64,000 nt of DNA. Source: Amphiscolops sp. MND2022 (Eukaryota). The notes under the pieces are model-generated. The model searched no databases. It saw nothing but the letters and a program-made list of their open reading frames with translations, and was not told the origin of the DNA. How positions within the stretch are numbered: the stretch's first letter is position 1; the number at the start of each line of letters is the position of its first letter. This document shows, piece by piece, positions 47,271-59,973 of this stretch. The translations under genes were made by a program, and so were the position numbers. Location of the stretch: the NCBI GenBank assembly GCA_964187785.1, contig OZ076409.1:22012001-22076000 (forward strand). The letters are read 5' to 3'.

Positions 47271-48711
47271 CAGAATCAAAATGCTTCAACCTGCTGAAAC
47301 AAATTTGCATGCAAAAATGCGTGAATAATTACAATAACATATTCTCGCTTCCGAAAATTCTGACCAGAATTCTAATAACTGTTCACCTCTTTAAGTTTAG
47401 AGAAACTGCAACATTTTTGAAAAAATACGACCAAATTAAAACTCGGACTATCTAAGGGGGAAACCTCCTAGGGCTACGCCCTGAAGTCTATTTTACTACT
47501 TCTACTGCTACTACTATAAATGCGAATGTACCAAATGAAAGCTCGTTCCAAGGACTTAAAAAAATTTGTAACTTATCACTCCTGCCGATTCCAGAGACGG
47601 AAAAGATGCTCTCAAACGTCAAAAGCCACTATCGGAAAGTTACTCGGGGAACACTAAGAAATCAGGTTGTAATTTTGTCGATTCATATTTCCAGCTTTCT
47701 TTGAGTCTGTTTCAGCAGCCCTATTACTGCTGAAAAAGCTGTCATTGCCCCGGTTTGAGCAATGATTCAGCTTATGGCTTTTCCGACGCCGTTGTTGGCG
47801 ACGGTTTGGCAATTAATAGAACATTTGCCTCCTAAACAAACAGCATAAGGACTCTCAAAGCAAATTTTAAACACTGGTAACAGAAAGTTACACTGGTAAC
47901 AGTCATGTCTAACAATGTAAATCTGCATAGATGTTGATTTTTGTTGACTTCTTTTCAGACGTTTTCTGGCCAAATAGGATTTTATAACAAAATTCTCTTG
48001 GGAACATGACTCTCTTGATAAGATCTTACCATGGCAAAATTAATACCATGGCAAGATCTTGTGAAGATCTTAGTCAAGATTTTCCAAGATCTTACCAAGA
48101 TCTTACTAAGATATCCACGGAGGGTCAACCCGGGTTGTTTTGTGATAAATTCCACTGCAATCGTTTGGTTGGAGATGGTTTGAAGCTGATGGGGGCAACG
48201 GACTTTAATATTATTGAATGCTTTCGGGAAAAAACGTATTTTCTCTAACTTACACACGATTGTAGTTAACACTAACCAAACTTTTTTCTTCAACCTGTTT
48301 TTCATACAGGAATTTGATTCCGAATTTGGTTGAAAAACATGATTAAAACAGTTGGTCGTAGGAAAAAATGACAGCTTCATTTGTTCCGCCGTTGAAGAAT
48401 CATTACATTTTGAGCAACTCTAAATTTGCAAACATAAAAACTGACCACAAAGCCTTTCTTCTAGACAAAACATCTGTTTTTCAAGAGCTCGTTTGTACGA
48501 AGAAAAGATTTCACTCGATTCAATTACCTCTTCAATCCAGATGTAACTATTGCAGGAAACCTGGGGCTTCTGAATATTTCATTTTGTTTCTCTTTCATAT
48601 TCTGGTGATTTCCGATTTAAACTAAACAAATACATATTAACTGAACGAGTTTTTCTACGACTGCTTGCTTCTTTTTCCACTGGAAAAATTTTGGCCAAAT
48701 TTTTGCACGAA

Positions 48712-49659
48712 ATGCTGATGATGAAATGCCGGATAGAAAGCTGGTTTTTCTCATGGGTTGCAATATGGCTGATACCAGAGCATGCTTTTGGGGAAAAAAT
48801 CAAGCCAAAGACGGTTCTTTCCACCGCTTATGAGGATATCCGGATAGGAAAACGGATTTCTGGAAGTGGACCTCAATTGGAAGGTGTTAAAAGTAGAGCT
48901 AAATGTGGTGTTGCTTGCAGCAAAAACGAAAAGTGTCTTTCGTTCATTTTTTGTGGTGATAGTACATGTTATCTCAACGAAGAAGACGTGTTTTCAACAG
49001 AAAATGGAGACGAAATTTTGGAAGACGACGAGACGTGTCTTTATTTTGGAATGCAGAAAGAGTCGGTTCCTGTTTGTAGAAGAAACGGAATCTTTGCAGA
49101 TATCAGAAACGACGATAATTCTGGGGCTTGTAAGTTGGCCCACAAAAGAGTTGATCAACAGTGGGGCGAATGGGAAGATGATTCAGTTGCCTCTGACAAT
49201 GAATGGAAGGAATCCAAAAGGAGAACCTTGATCACAGAGGCCGCTCACGGGGGATTACAAGGACAACTGGATTCGGAGGAAGTCACTCACTGGTTTTTGT
49301 TCATCAGAGAGAAGATGACATGGACCGAAGCCAAAGATAATTGTGAAAAACTTGGCGCAAGTTTGTTCTGGAATTTAGATGGAACCAAGAAAATGTTAGA
49401 AGAGTTCTGGATCAGACTGGACAGTGAAGACTATTGGATTGGCATACAAACAGAAGACCAAAGCACCTGGAAGACTGTGAATGATGAGGTGATAGACGAC
49501 GAATTGATCCCATGGAATGAAAACAAAAACAACCGAGATTCAGGTAACGTAGTGGCACTGCAAGGAAAGGAGAACGGAAACTCTAAACAGGTGTCTGTAT
49601 CTGTTGTCAATGAGAGTTTACTGCTGATGTCAGTATGCGATAAAACGCCCGGAATTTAA
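48712..49659 (+). CDS. Intronless secreted protein: PAN/apple-like domain + C-type lectin-like domain (~315 aa)
   Basis: Signal-peptide-like N-terminus. C-x3-C-x5-C..F....C.L (KCGVACSKNEKCLSFIFCGDSTCYL) fits PAN. KMTWTEAKDNCEKLGASL...YWIGI...W...W...VC fits a CTLD. No internal stop. Confidence 0.85.
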   Translation: MLMMKCRIESWFFSWVAIWLIPEHAFGEKIKPKTVLSTAYEDIRIGKRISGSGPQLEGVKSRAKCGVACSKNEKCLSFIFCGDSTCYLNEEDVFSTENGDEILEDDETCLYFGMQKESVPVCRRNGIFADIRNDDNSGACKLAHKRVDQQWGEWEDDSVASDNEWKESKRRTLITEAAHGGLQGQLDSEEVTHWFLFIREKMTWTEAKDNCEKLGASLFWNLDGTKKMLEEFWIRLDSEDYWIGIQTEDQSTWKTVNDEVIDDELIPWNENKNNRDSGNVVALQGKENGNSKQVSVSVVNESLLLMSVCDKTPGI

Positions 49660-50278
49660 GAAAACAATGTACAAACACTACAAGCTTCAAAAACAAATAA
49701 TCTTCATGCTCAATTCTAAAACACTGCTCTCATCACAACTTTTAGCTTGTTGAGAAACTCTAACACAAAGGTTTGGAATCAAATGATGTTTGAAAAATTA
49801 AAAAGACAGTCTGGATTGTGCTGTATCTTTTTCACCCATCACTTGTTTGATATGAGCTTGAGTTTTAAATACCGCGCTTTTTTTGGTAGCATGCTCTGTC
49901 ATCTGCGGTAGATGCTCTCCAAAGCATCAGAATATCTTTTTGTTTTCTCGAATGATTGATACAAACGGTTTTTGGTCTAACTAACCATCACTTACTATCT
50001 ATCATCAGCAATCTGATTGTATATTTTCGCCAAAGAATTGAATGAAGTTTGAAGCTTTGGAACAAACCACTGTCAGCCTTCCATTAAACAAAAACCCAAA
50101 GATTGATACGCATCAATCAGCCGAGTGGGAATTGGATGATCCTTTGAGAACGATGCACATTTCCAATCTCGGAATGACTTCTTTATCAGTTTATCAAGGC
50201 AGGGTTTTTCCCAACATTTTAGTTGTATTTGATCAATCAAGAAATTGTTTCTGGAGTTTCTTTTTTTAGGGTAAAAAA

Positions 50279-50789
50279 AAACAAGTCGAGAACGGCCAAA
50301 GTCGGCGCTATATCTAAGGCTCAAAATTGTAAAAGGCTTCAAGCTTTGTGAAACTCCAGCTGGTTGCAAAATATGAAAAAAAATGAAGGGAGCCCTTTGG
50401 GGAATTGAAAACATATCCAAAAAATATTTATAATGAGATTTTTGAACAGCATCACAGTTGGGATTTTTGACATCCATTGTGTTGCAAAATGTTGAAACAA
50501 ATGAAAGGGGGACCCTTTGGTGCAATCCAAAAAGTTTTAAAAAAAGTCGCATAGTGCCGAAAAAAAGTGGGGCTAAGGGGGGATCCTTAGTGTGATTTCG
50601 AGGTTCTGGACGTCTGTTTTGTTTCTTCTTTTCGTTTTGGACGCGCTTTTGAGGTTCGAGTTGTTGAGGTTCGAAGTTGTTGAGGTTTGACATTGTTGAA
50701 CAAATAAACAAAAAGTGGACCTTACGTGTCTAAAAAAACAACCCACTGTGAGAGTCGGGCACATTTTCTACTAAAAAGCGCCGACTAAA
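50279..50789 (-). mobile_element. Helentron/HINE-like non-autonomous repeat
   Basis: aacaagtcgagaacggccaaagtcggcgc ... gcgccgactaaa, the reverse orientation of the 9877-10370 family. Confidence 0.65.
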
Positions 50790-50930
50790 CACCACGCAAG
50801 TAGAACTCCATAGAAAGTGCAATTGATGAGATTCTTTGGTTCGTTGTTTACTAGAGACTTTTTTCGTCGTTGTTTCTGCTTTTGATAAAACAGTCTCAAA
50901 ATTTCAACAAGCCCGGAGCGACCGAAGTCG

Positions 50931-53900
50931 GTTTCAAGATATTCAGATATCGTAGCATGTTTCGAAGCTGGAAACAAGTTTGTTGATAAAGACGAAAACT
51001 TGTCCAAATGAAACATGTCACGCTTTTTTTAGTCAGCAGGAGATAATCATTAGTTTTTGATGTTTGTTTTGTAAATCACTTTTCTGTTAACTTCTGTGAA
51101 TACAGTTAAAATGAAAATACCTACTTTTCAGCCTCCGTCTCACTCAGCCTCAAAAGTCAAGGGGTCATGCGGCCTTAATCAATCATCTGAAATGAAGGTT
51201 TTTGTCAACTTTCGAACAGAAGTCACTTGCCAAAGACAGACAGAAAACTGGAGCGAAAGATGGCAAGCAGAGTCAAGAAGTCAAGCGCTAATAGAAGCAA
51301 TCTTTTTCCAAGGCAGTCAGATGTCAACATTCAGAGATGAGAGGCGAGTAAACTTTTCAAAACTCAGACTCAATCTATCTTGATACTTTTGTAAATTTTC
51401 TGACTGTTTTACCTGGGCTGAGTAGAATTGAGTTTAAAATTTAGCGAGAGTACAAATAGGTAAAACAAATGTTTTAAAACTTTACATGGAAGATTCCAAA
51501 AACGCTTCAGAGGAAAATATCTGGTCTTGACTAAAAATCTTTGTGACAATCTTTTGACAGACGTTTAGATAGCATTTCTTTGTTTTGGCTAATTTCTAAA
51601 GAGCACGTCGCTATGCAGTGATAGCTTGACGGGAAGTAAGAAGATTTTCGAACTTAGTTTTTGCTTCAAAACGCTTGTTATTCGAGTTTTCGTTTGTAAG
51701 TAAGTTTTTTTTGCGACCCACAGGAACGTCGTTATAACGTAAAACAGTGGAAGCAACATTCTGACAAGTTCAAAGAGCACAAGGTCAGGTTCACAAGACA
51801 TTAGAGTTTTGAGTTTTTTTGTTAAACTACACAACCCATACAAAAAAAGATTAACCATACTGTACAGTCCCAGATAATATTGTTTTTGTTTTAGGGAAAA
51901 GACGAGGACTTTGAACACTTTGCTGAACGTTTTGAAGTTCGACTTCATTTAGTAAAATCGAGAGTAGTCCTTCTTGATCAGGAGCATTCGCCCGAGGAAA
52001 CTGATGCGGATTTTGCTAGTGAGCAGAACAAGTTGAAAGAAAAACAGCCCGAAGTTTGGAGTGAACTGGTGCAATGTCTGGTTAATTAATTAAAACAGCG
52101 AAACGTAACTGTACTCGGGCTTGGAAATCACTGCAAGACTGTTTTAAAAGTAGTGAACGTCCTCGCATCCATTTTGAACAAGTTAACGAACCTTAGAAAG
52201 AACTCACAAGAAAGTATCCGGGAATTTTTGATGAAAGCTGAAGAACTTCCCATGTTGGAGCAAACGTTTGTCGAACAGTTTTGCAAAATTTGTTAAGATT
52301 TCGCATGAAGCTAAAACATTGCCCATCCAAAATGACATTTTAAAAATTGATAGTGTTAGTTGCCGAGGTCAAACCGACAAAAAACAAATTTACATTTCAC
52401 TGAAGACGTGATTTGCTTCAAGTGTGGTAAAGTTGGCCACCGGCAAAGTGAATGGAGAGCAAAAGTGTCTGCCATAGTGTGTTACGAATGTGGTGAAAAA
52501 GGCCACAAGGCGAATGAGTGCCTCAAAAAGAAAAATAAGTCGAGAACAGGAGCTCCGCGTGAGACAGCTCAAAACAACCGTTTTTACACGACGAGAAATG
52601 AGCGTAATTTAACTGCTGAAAAACAAGGTTTCTCGTTTCATAATAGTCAAGTACAATCCACGTGTAAGAACATAGAACTTTTACTTATAATAGACACTGG
52701 ATGCACGAGTCAGTGGATGATGAAGGACGCTGCAATAATCAGCGACTTGGAACTTTCCAAAATGGGTAAAGTTAATTATTCGAATGGAACTGAATCCAGT
52801 ATTGAAACTAGAGGCTCCGTTAGTTTTTGCCAAAGGACAATCAAGGCAAGGAACAAATCTTGGAACCTAACCAGTTGTTGTACGATCCCTAATACACAAG
52901 AAACTTAGATTCGATAAAAAAACTGAAAGAACAAAATGCGAGCGTTGATTTCGGTGCAAGCCCTCGCATAGTTCAGGTTGATAGATGTTTTCCTTTAAAG
53001 TGCGAAAATAACTTGTTTTTTATACAAGGTAACTGTTTGCATGAGCAAAGCAAAACCGCAACTCCAATCTTCAACTATGGCATGGAGGACTTGCTCAAAA
53101 TAGCAAAATTGATGTTCGAAAATTGGCAAATGCTTTAGTCGATATGAAATTAAGGACACAAACAACGGTGAAACAAAGAAAAAGCCAAGCGGTTACCGAT
53201 GAGCCATCAGGTAGCAACTAGAGCTAAAAAACGTTAAGACATTGTCCACGTAGATATGTCGCCAGTAAACACGACGTCGATAGATGACTTCAAGTACCCT
53301 CTAGGATTCATTATTAGCTTCAGCAGGCTCGGTGCTGTGTATCCACTAAGAACAAGAGCCGAAGCCAAAACGACGCTTTTGAGGTTCAAAGCTGAGCTTG
53401 GAAAACCTGGCAAGTTTGTCACTGATAATGCTAAAGAGTTCAAATTTGGATTTTTCGCGGACATTTGTTTACAGCAAAGAATTCATCAGAAGTTCACTTG
53501 TGCATACATTCCAGAACAAAACGGTAAACTATAATGAGTTTGGGGGACCATCGAGGCGATGCCTACGTGTCTGTTAAAAACAGCAGGCTGACCTAAATCT
53601 TTTTGGTAGTTTGCATAGCGAGCAGCTTTCCATTTAAAAAACCGATGTCTTCACTTTGCTCATGGCACAACACCATTCGATAAGTTTTGGGTAAGACACC
53701 TGATGTTTCTCGTTTTTGAATTTTTGGGTGTCAAACATTCATGTACTCAAAGAAACAAAAGCGAAAAAAGTTCGACAGTAGAGCTTTGGAAAGTTTTTAC
53801 TCAGTTATGGCACCAATTCGGCGTCATAATTTATTGAATCAGATTTATTGGCGCAGAGCTGATCACGAAAAATAGCCGAATGTTAATTTCAACGATACTA

Positions 53901-56000
53901 GTTTTCCAGGAAAAACACACTTCGTAAACAATGAAAGTGACTGTGAATTTTTCTTCGAATTCAACGGAAAGGGGAGTGAAAAAGAGTTGCAAAACGCGGA
54001 ATCAGTCGCCGATGCAAACTTGATAAACGACGTGAGTGAGTTGCAAAACGGTGATTCAGGCGGAAATCCAAAAACTTTGGTTACCAAAAGATCAGACGAA
54101 GTATAACACGAATACAACCGCATAGTTCTACTGTACATACTACGACTAGATATGGACGAATAGTGAGGCCACCTAGCAGATACCCCAGGAACAAGCAGCA
54201 ACATATCTCACGGTTTAGGTTCGACTGAGTGAGATGATATTGAAACGCTCGCATACCAAAGTGATTATGTTGATCAAGAGTTACCAAAATCATTGAAGAA
54301 GCGCTTTCTTCTCCAGAGTGGTATCGTGCGATGAAAGCGGAAAACGAATCTTTACTGAAAAATGAGCTGTAGGAACTTGTTGAGATGGCTGAAGGAAAAA
54401 ACCTCGTAACAGGTAAATGGCATTTTACACTGAAGCGAAACAGTAGAAAGGAATTATTAGGCACAAAGCAACATAAATAGCTAGAGGATTCAAACAAAAA
54501 CAAGATGTTAACGACGATCAAACATATAGTCCGACCGTGAAATTGGTAAGATTCGAGTTTTGCTGAGTTTGGCTGTTCAAAAAATTGAAGTAGAAACAGT
54601 TAGACATCAAAACCGCCTATTTGAACGCAGGTATAAAACAATTTTTGTGGATCAGCCATCAGGATTCGTTGAGGTAATTACCAACGGCGAAAGCTATGTT
54701 TGAAGATAGAAAAAAAACTACTTGATGTGTTGACGCTATCCGGTCGTAACTGATTCGTCACATTTTGGAGATTTTTTGCTCAGCATTCAGTTCAAGCCGA
54801 GAATGATTGATTCTGTTTGTTCTTGAGGGAACGAAACGGTGATAAGGACTTAGTAGTAAGTTGGGTAGACGCTTTAGTATACTGTAACGACGATATTAGT
54901 TTTTACGAACAGTTTGAGAAAACACTGAGCAAAAAACTCTTGATCAGTTAATTTGATGACTTGAACTGGGTCTTGGGAATGCAAGTTAGACGAGAAAAAG
55001 GCACTTTAGAAAATTCCGAAGAAAACTACATCGAAAAATTACTTAAAATGTTTTGGAATGAAGAATACCAAAAAACTTTTACGCCTATTGCTGGAAAGCA
55101 ACAAATCAGTAGGTCGGACTGTCCTTACGAAGGCAGCCAAAAACAAAAGGAGATTGTTGTTTTCGTGGAGTGATTAATTGATCGAATTACATAGCAAATA
55201 CAACAAGACTTGACATAATTTCTGCTGTGAAAGCCTTCGATAGGTTCAAAGTCTAGGTTATAAACATTGATTACAAGAAAACACATTTTGAGGTATCTAA
55301 AGGAAACGCAGTGTAGGAAACTGACGTACAGAAATTACAATGACTCGAGCTCACAGGTTTCAGTGATGCCAACTGGCCACGAACGTTAGATGATAAGAAG
55401 TCCACCAGTGGTTTTTGATTCTTTCTGAACGCGGAATTAGGAGCTATTTGTTGGAGTTCTAAGTTGCACACAACGGTAGCATCTTCAACAGATGAGGCAG
55501 AAGTAATGTCGTTATTTGCAGCTTCTCCAGAACTTGACATGCAAAATTTCAAGATTGTTTCGCCATAACTAAAAACACAGTAAGTTATCAGAAAGTGAAG
55601 AATTTTGCAATCAAGTTGACCTTCATACAAGAAAAAATAGAATTGCGACTTTTGGATGTTGAGTTTTGTCTAACTAGTGAAATGATTCCTGACTTGCTTG
55701 AAACGTCAGGTTGAAACGTTCAGCAAAAGACTCTCCTGAGAATTTAACTTGAAATCGAGCTCCAAAAAGTGAGAGTTTTAAGATATACAGAAATCATAAC
55801 ATGCTTCAAAGCTAGAAACTAGTTCCTTGATATGTATGAACATCTTCTCGAGTTGGGTTAAGTCACGTTTTTTTGGATGTCAGCGGAAGATAATCATTAA
55901 CTTCTGATGTTTGTTTTCTAAATCATTTTTCTATCAACTTTTGTGAATACAGTTGAATTGAAACTACAAACTCTTCGTCTCACTCAGCCTCAAATTCAAA
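50931..56000 (+). mobile_element. Complete but heavily decayed Ty1/Copia LTR retrotransposon
   Basis: Diverged LTRs at 50931-51160 and ~55774-56000, TSD AGTCG/TGTCG. PBS-like GGTCATGCGGCC (cf. Copia GGTTATGGGCCC). Gag CCHC (CYECGEKGHKANEC), protease IIDTGCTS, integrase TDNAKEF...PEQNG, RT LDIKTAYLNA, RNase H FSDANW...KSTSG, in Copia order with many stops. Confidence 0.92.
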
Positions 56001-57283
56001 TGTCGGTGCCCCCCTGTTGTTTCCTGAATATGTAGAGGACCCTGTTTTCAAATTTTCATCAGTTTGTCAGTTCTGAAAACCGAAAGTTACCCCCAAAAGA
56101 AACATACAAGACTTGGAAGCCACATTTTTCCCTGCTAGAAAAATTCCATTTCTCGAAATTTGAGGTTTATTTCCCGGAAAAGGTCTTGAAGTGCCGAAGA
56201 AGTAACTTTCAGTACGCAAACCTATCTTTTCTTAAAATGAAATCAGCAATGAAAGCGGGATGGCACACTTTGACAGAATGAAAGCTTCGGAAAAAGACGC
56301 ACAGGGCCGAAAAAAGCTTGAACGAAGTACGGTAAAGTAACAAGAACAAAACAGCTATTCAGTTAAGTTCAAAACGAAAAAGATTTCACAAAACCGAAAA
56401 AAAACGAAGAGGCCTCGTTTATAGCATTGAAAAATATGTCGAAAACGCTATATCCGGTATTCGTTATTTTGAAGAAAAATAAGGTTCCACGAAACCGGAG
56501 GCAAAAAGGAAATCCAAAGGGCTTTTTGGCTTCAAATGATTTTATATCAACTCTAAATATCCTAAAAATAAAAAAGGGCCTTTTTGAACATTGAAAATTC
56601 TCCGACGAACGTTTTTCCCGTGTACGTTTGATCCGGACATCCTTGAATCCGGTTAACGTCACTTCCGATACAGCTTGTGTTATTGTCGACGGGGACTCCT
56701 TTAGCTATTTCGGACAGTTCAGCTGTATCTAAGAAAAGAATAAAAGCCATGACTACAGGAATGAGTCTAGTTGCCTTATCAACTTTGTTTGGTAACTTCA
56801 GCCGCGCATCTTAGCTGCGTGGACTGCTGTGTTGTTGTTCTGTACTGTTGATTGTATGGATAAGCGCGTAGGCTGCTGTTGCTATATTATTACACATTAT
56901 CATTTTTCAAATCAATTTTTGAAATATGAAGTTATTTATAAGCATTGTGCTCAGAAGCTATTGGAACTGTGGTTCTGACTAAGTAGGCAACACTCTTGTT
57001 ACCTTAAGCATGTACAAACTGGAATAGTTCAGAGGATATCCACAAGCAACGGTCCTTCTTATTGACTGGACAAAACCATACGGTGGCCAAATGGACTTAT
57101 TGGAACATAGGAGTCAGTCCAGTGCACTAAAACCTCATCCTTCTGGATACCGGCTACTCTAGTAACATTACCAAGCAAAAGTCAAGACTTCTGACTCCCT
57201 GGTGATGAACGCCATGAACGTGGCAATTCTGAAGTGACCAGATTAGTAGATTCTCCATTTTTCACTGACGAAATGTGTGTGTA

Positions 57284-57565
57284 TTCGTCTATTGCAACTG
57301 AGTCTGGTTCATCTTCCATGCCTTATAAGCCTATTATTAACAGTATTTTTAAGGGATTGTTGTGAACACAGCAATTACTTGTTCATTAATAGGATTTGCT
57401 GACAGGTTTTGTCGTGAAAAGAAATATGGTCCCGTCAGCGGGGCTCTCCAAGTGGTTAGACAGCCACGGTGGATGCGTGAACAGGTCTTTTGGTTTTGTT
57501 AGTTCTTTGACCATGATTGGGTGTTGAACATGGAAGATGAACCAGACTCAGTTTCAATAGACGAA
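57284..57565. repeat. 37-bp inverted repeat flanking ~208 bp
   Basis: ttcgtctattgcaactgagtctggttcatcttccatg (57284-57320) vs catggaagatgaaccagactcagtttcaatagacgaa (57529-57565), one mismatch. Confidence 0.85.
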
Positions 57566-58484
57566 GCGTCGATTTGCCTGCTATCGATTCACCCATCTAA
57601 TCCTTGTGGACATATCCGAGAGAGATGACTTGTGTTTGCGACAATAGGATAAGTTGAGGCACTTATGATGCCTGATTGTTCAACCCGATCATTGCATCAT
57701 GTTACAGATGATGAGAAAAGCGGAATGGAAAGTACAACTCGTCATTGTCTTTTTTGTATTTTTTCGAGGTTTTTCGGTTGCTCAAAGTTCTGTTATTGAG
57801 CCTCTTACAATTCAGTGCGTATAATTGCATCCGTTTGGGGCAAAAAGAACCGGTTTTTTGTCATGGTAGCAAAAAACGACCTTTTTGGCAAATTCGAGGT
57901 AAACACTGACATGAGCGCAAGCAGTTTTGGTGTAAGTCGCAAACTGCTGAAAAAAAATAAACGAAGCTCAGAATCTCGGAATTCGGATACTTACTAAATC
58001 AAGACAAGTGATTCACAATGGTGCTCCGGAACAAAACATACGCAACAAAACCTCGAACGAAGAAGAGCATATACTGAAGGTAGTAGCAGAAAGACATGAT
58101 GTCATGCCAGCATGATGGAAATATAGTCTACTAAATATCTGTAATGTAAATATTATGTCTTATGTACTTAGATATGGGCAATATGATGTCATATAATAAG
58201 AGCCATGGTTGTGAGCAACTCTACGTTACTTGTACCTTAATCCCTTTTCCCCCTGAGTGTGAGTTATATATATTTACTTAATACTGAGCGCTCTAGTTCC
58301 GGCGTCCGCATAAATGATCTTGCCAGAATCTGGCCTTGAAAGTGCTATATTTCATAAATATTGGTTTGTCACGACAAGGGAGAGAAGTTTTCCGATCAGA
58401 CTGGACCGAGGAATATTGGAAGTAATGGAAAATATAACTTCTACTAACTCCCCGCCTCAGAGTATGTAGTTGTGACAAATTCCA

Positions 58485-59320
58485 TTAAATTCATCACAAA
58501 TTCATCGTCGAATTTGATGACAATTTTGATCTGATCAGAAATTTCACTTGGATCCATCAGCGGGTTCAACGGTGTTTTTAACCAAAGTTCATCGCAATCC
58601 CATCCTTAAAGTTTGCGAGTGAACAAAACATGGGACTTTAAACTGACTTTCATCAGAAATCCATCAACGGATTTTATGGGACTTATTCTAGTAAAACTCA
58701 TCTTTAATTCATCGTGATTATTTCATTTAGTAATTCCTGAATGTGCTTCTCATTTCTAAAGAACAGTAGTCCATCCTTTATTCATCGCGTTCACTAGTAC
58801 AGAAGAGAAATGAGAAAGTACATCCTTAATTCATCCTAAAAAAGAGTGAAAGTGTTGGTTATCTGATTTGTTCAGTAAACCCATCCTCAATTCATCTTGA
58901 TTTCGTTTGTGCTGAAAATTAACCATTTTAGCGGGTGAGTTCATCCTAAACTCATCGCCAATTTGTACTGCTTTGGTATTTGCTGTTTTAACTGACAAGT
59001 TCATCCTAAACTCATCGCCAAAATTCTCCTGTACTAGAATTAGCGTTTATCGACTGAATTCATCCCTAATTCATCGTCATTTGAATCTGTGCTGGAAATT
59101 GGCAAATTATGCATGGAGTTCATCCTTTTGTCATCGTCAGTTTGAATTGTGTTGATTTCCGAGCGAGAAAGACTATCATTCATCGCATTTTCATCCAGAG
59201 CAAAAACTAGACTTGGAAATCAGCAAATATTCTTACAAGTTCATCGCATTTCCATCTTCAAGTTTTAAATCATTGATTTTGGCGCTAAAATCAGCGGAAA
59301 ACATCGTTTTCCCATCCCAA
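58485..59320. repeat. Degenerate tandem array of ~55-60-bp units with paired TTCATC motifs
   Basis: Recurring (g/a)ttcatcctaaa(c/t)tcatcg motif, about 14 times. Confidence 0.7.
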
Positions 59321-59973
59321 AGTGTGCTTCACCTTAAATTTGATTGAAATTAGTGCGTTATTGAATGATTTGAGTCCATTTTAGTTGCTATAGAAACCAT
59401 GATGTTATGTGCAGGCAATTGCGACATTGTAAATTGATGACTAAACACCATTAACACATGTAAATGTACCATGGTGCGTGGCCACTTTGCGGCAGTTCAC
59501 AACACTGGTCACGTGACTTACCATTTTAACACCAGCTGGTAACAGCCAATGAGAGAAGGTTGGTAAGAGATATAGCGTCTTACCAACCGAAAAGACACGT
59601 GAACTGCTGTAAATTGGACCGCCATTAAATATTACTCAGCCCGAATTGCGACAAGCTACCGACCAGTTGGATATTTTAACACGCAAAAGTTAGAAAATAC
59701 ATCTCTACTTCATCGTCAGAAATTGAAGAATTTGAACTGAGTAATTTCTTGGTACATCTATTATTGCGATAAAAATTGGATGAACTTCTCCTGAATAACT
59801 TGCTAGTTTTCCTTCCTTATCTAACTGCTTACTTATTTGTACGACTTCTTTCTAAGACATCTCAGTTCAGATTAGTGAATTTGAGATCGAATATTCAGTT
59901 AAATCAGCAAAATACACTGAAACAACATCTCAGATAATTCAGTCTCCACTCATAATTCTTTTCTCTCGAATAC

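Noticed and set aside
50073..50711. 212-aa minus-strand ORF
   Set aside because: Lies almost wholly in a non-coding dispersed repeat whose other copies do not keep the frame.
58140..58480. Solo LTR
   Set aside because: LTR-like composition, but no matching TG...CA/TSD pair was identified.
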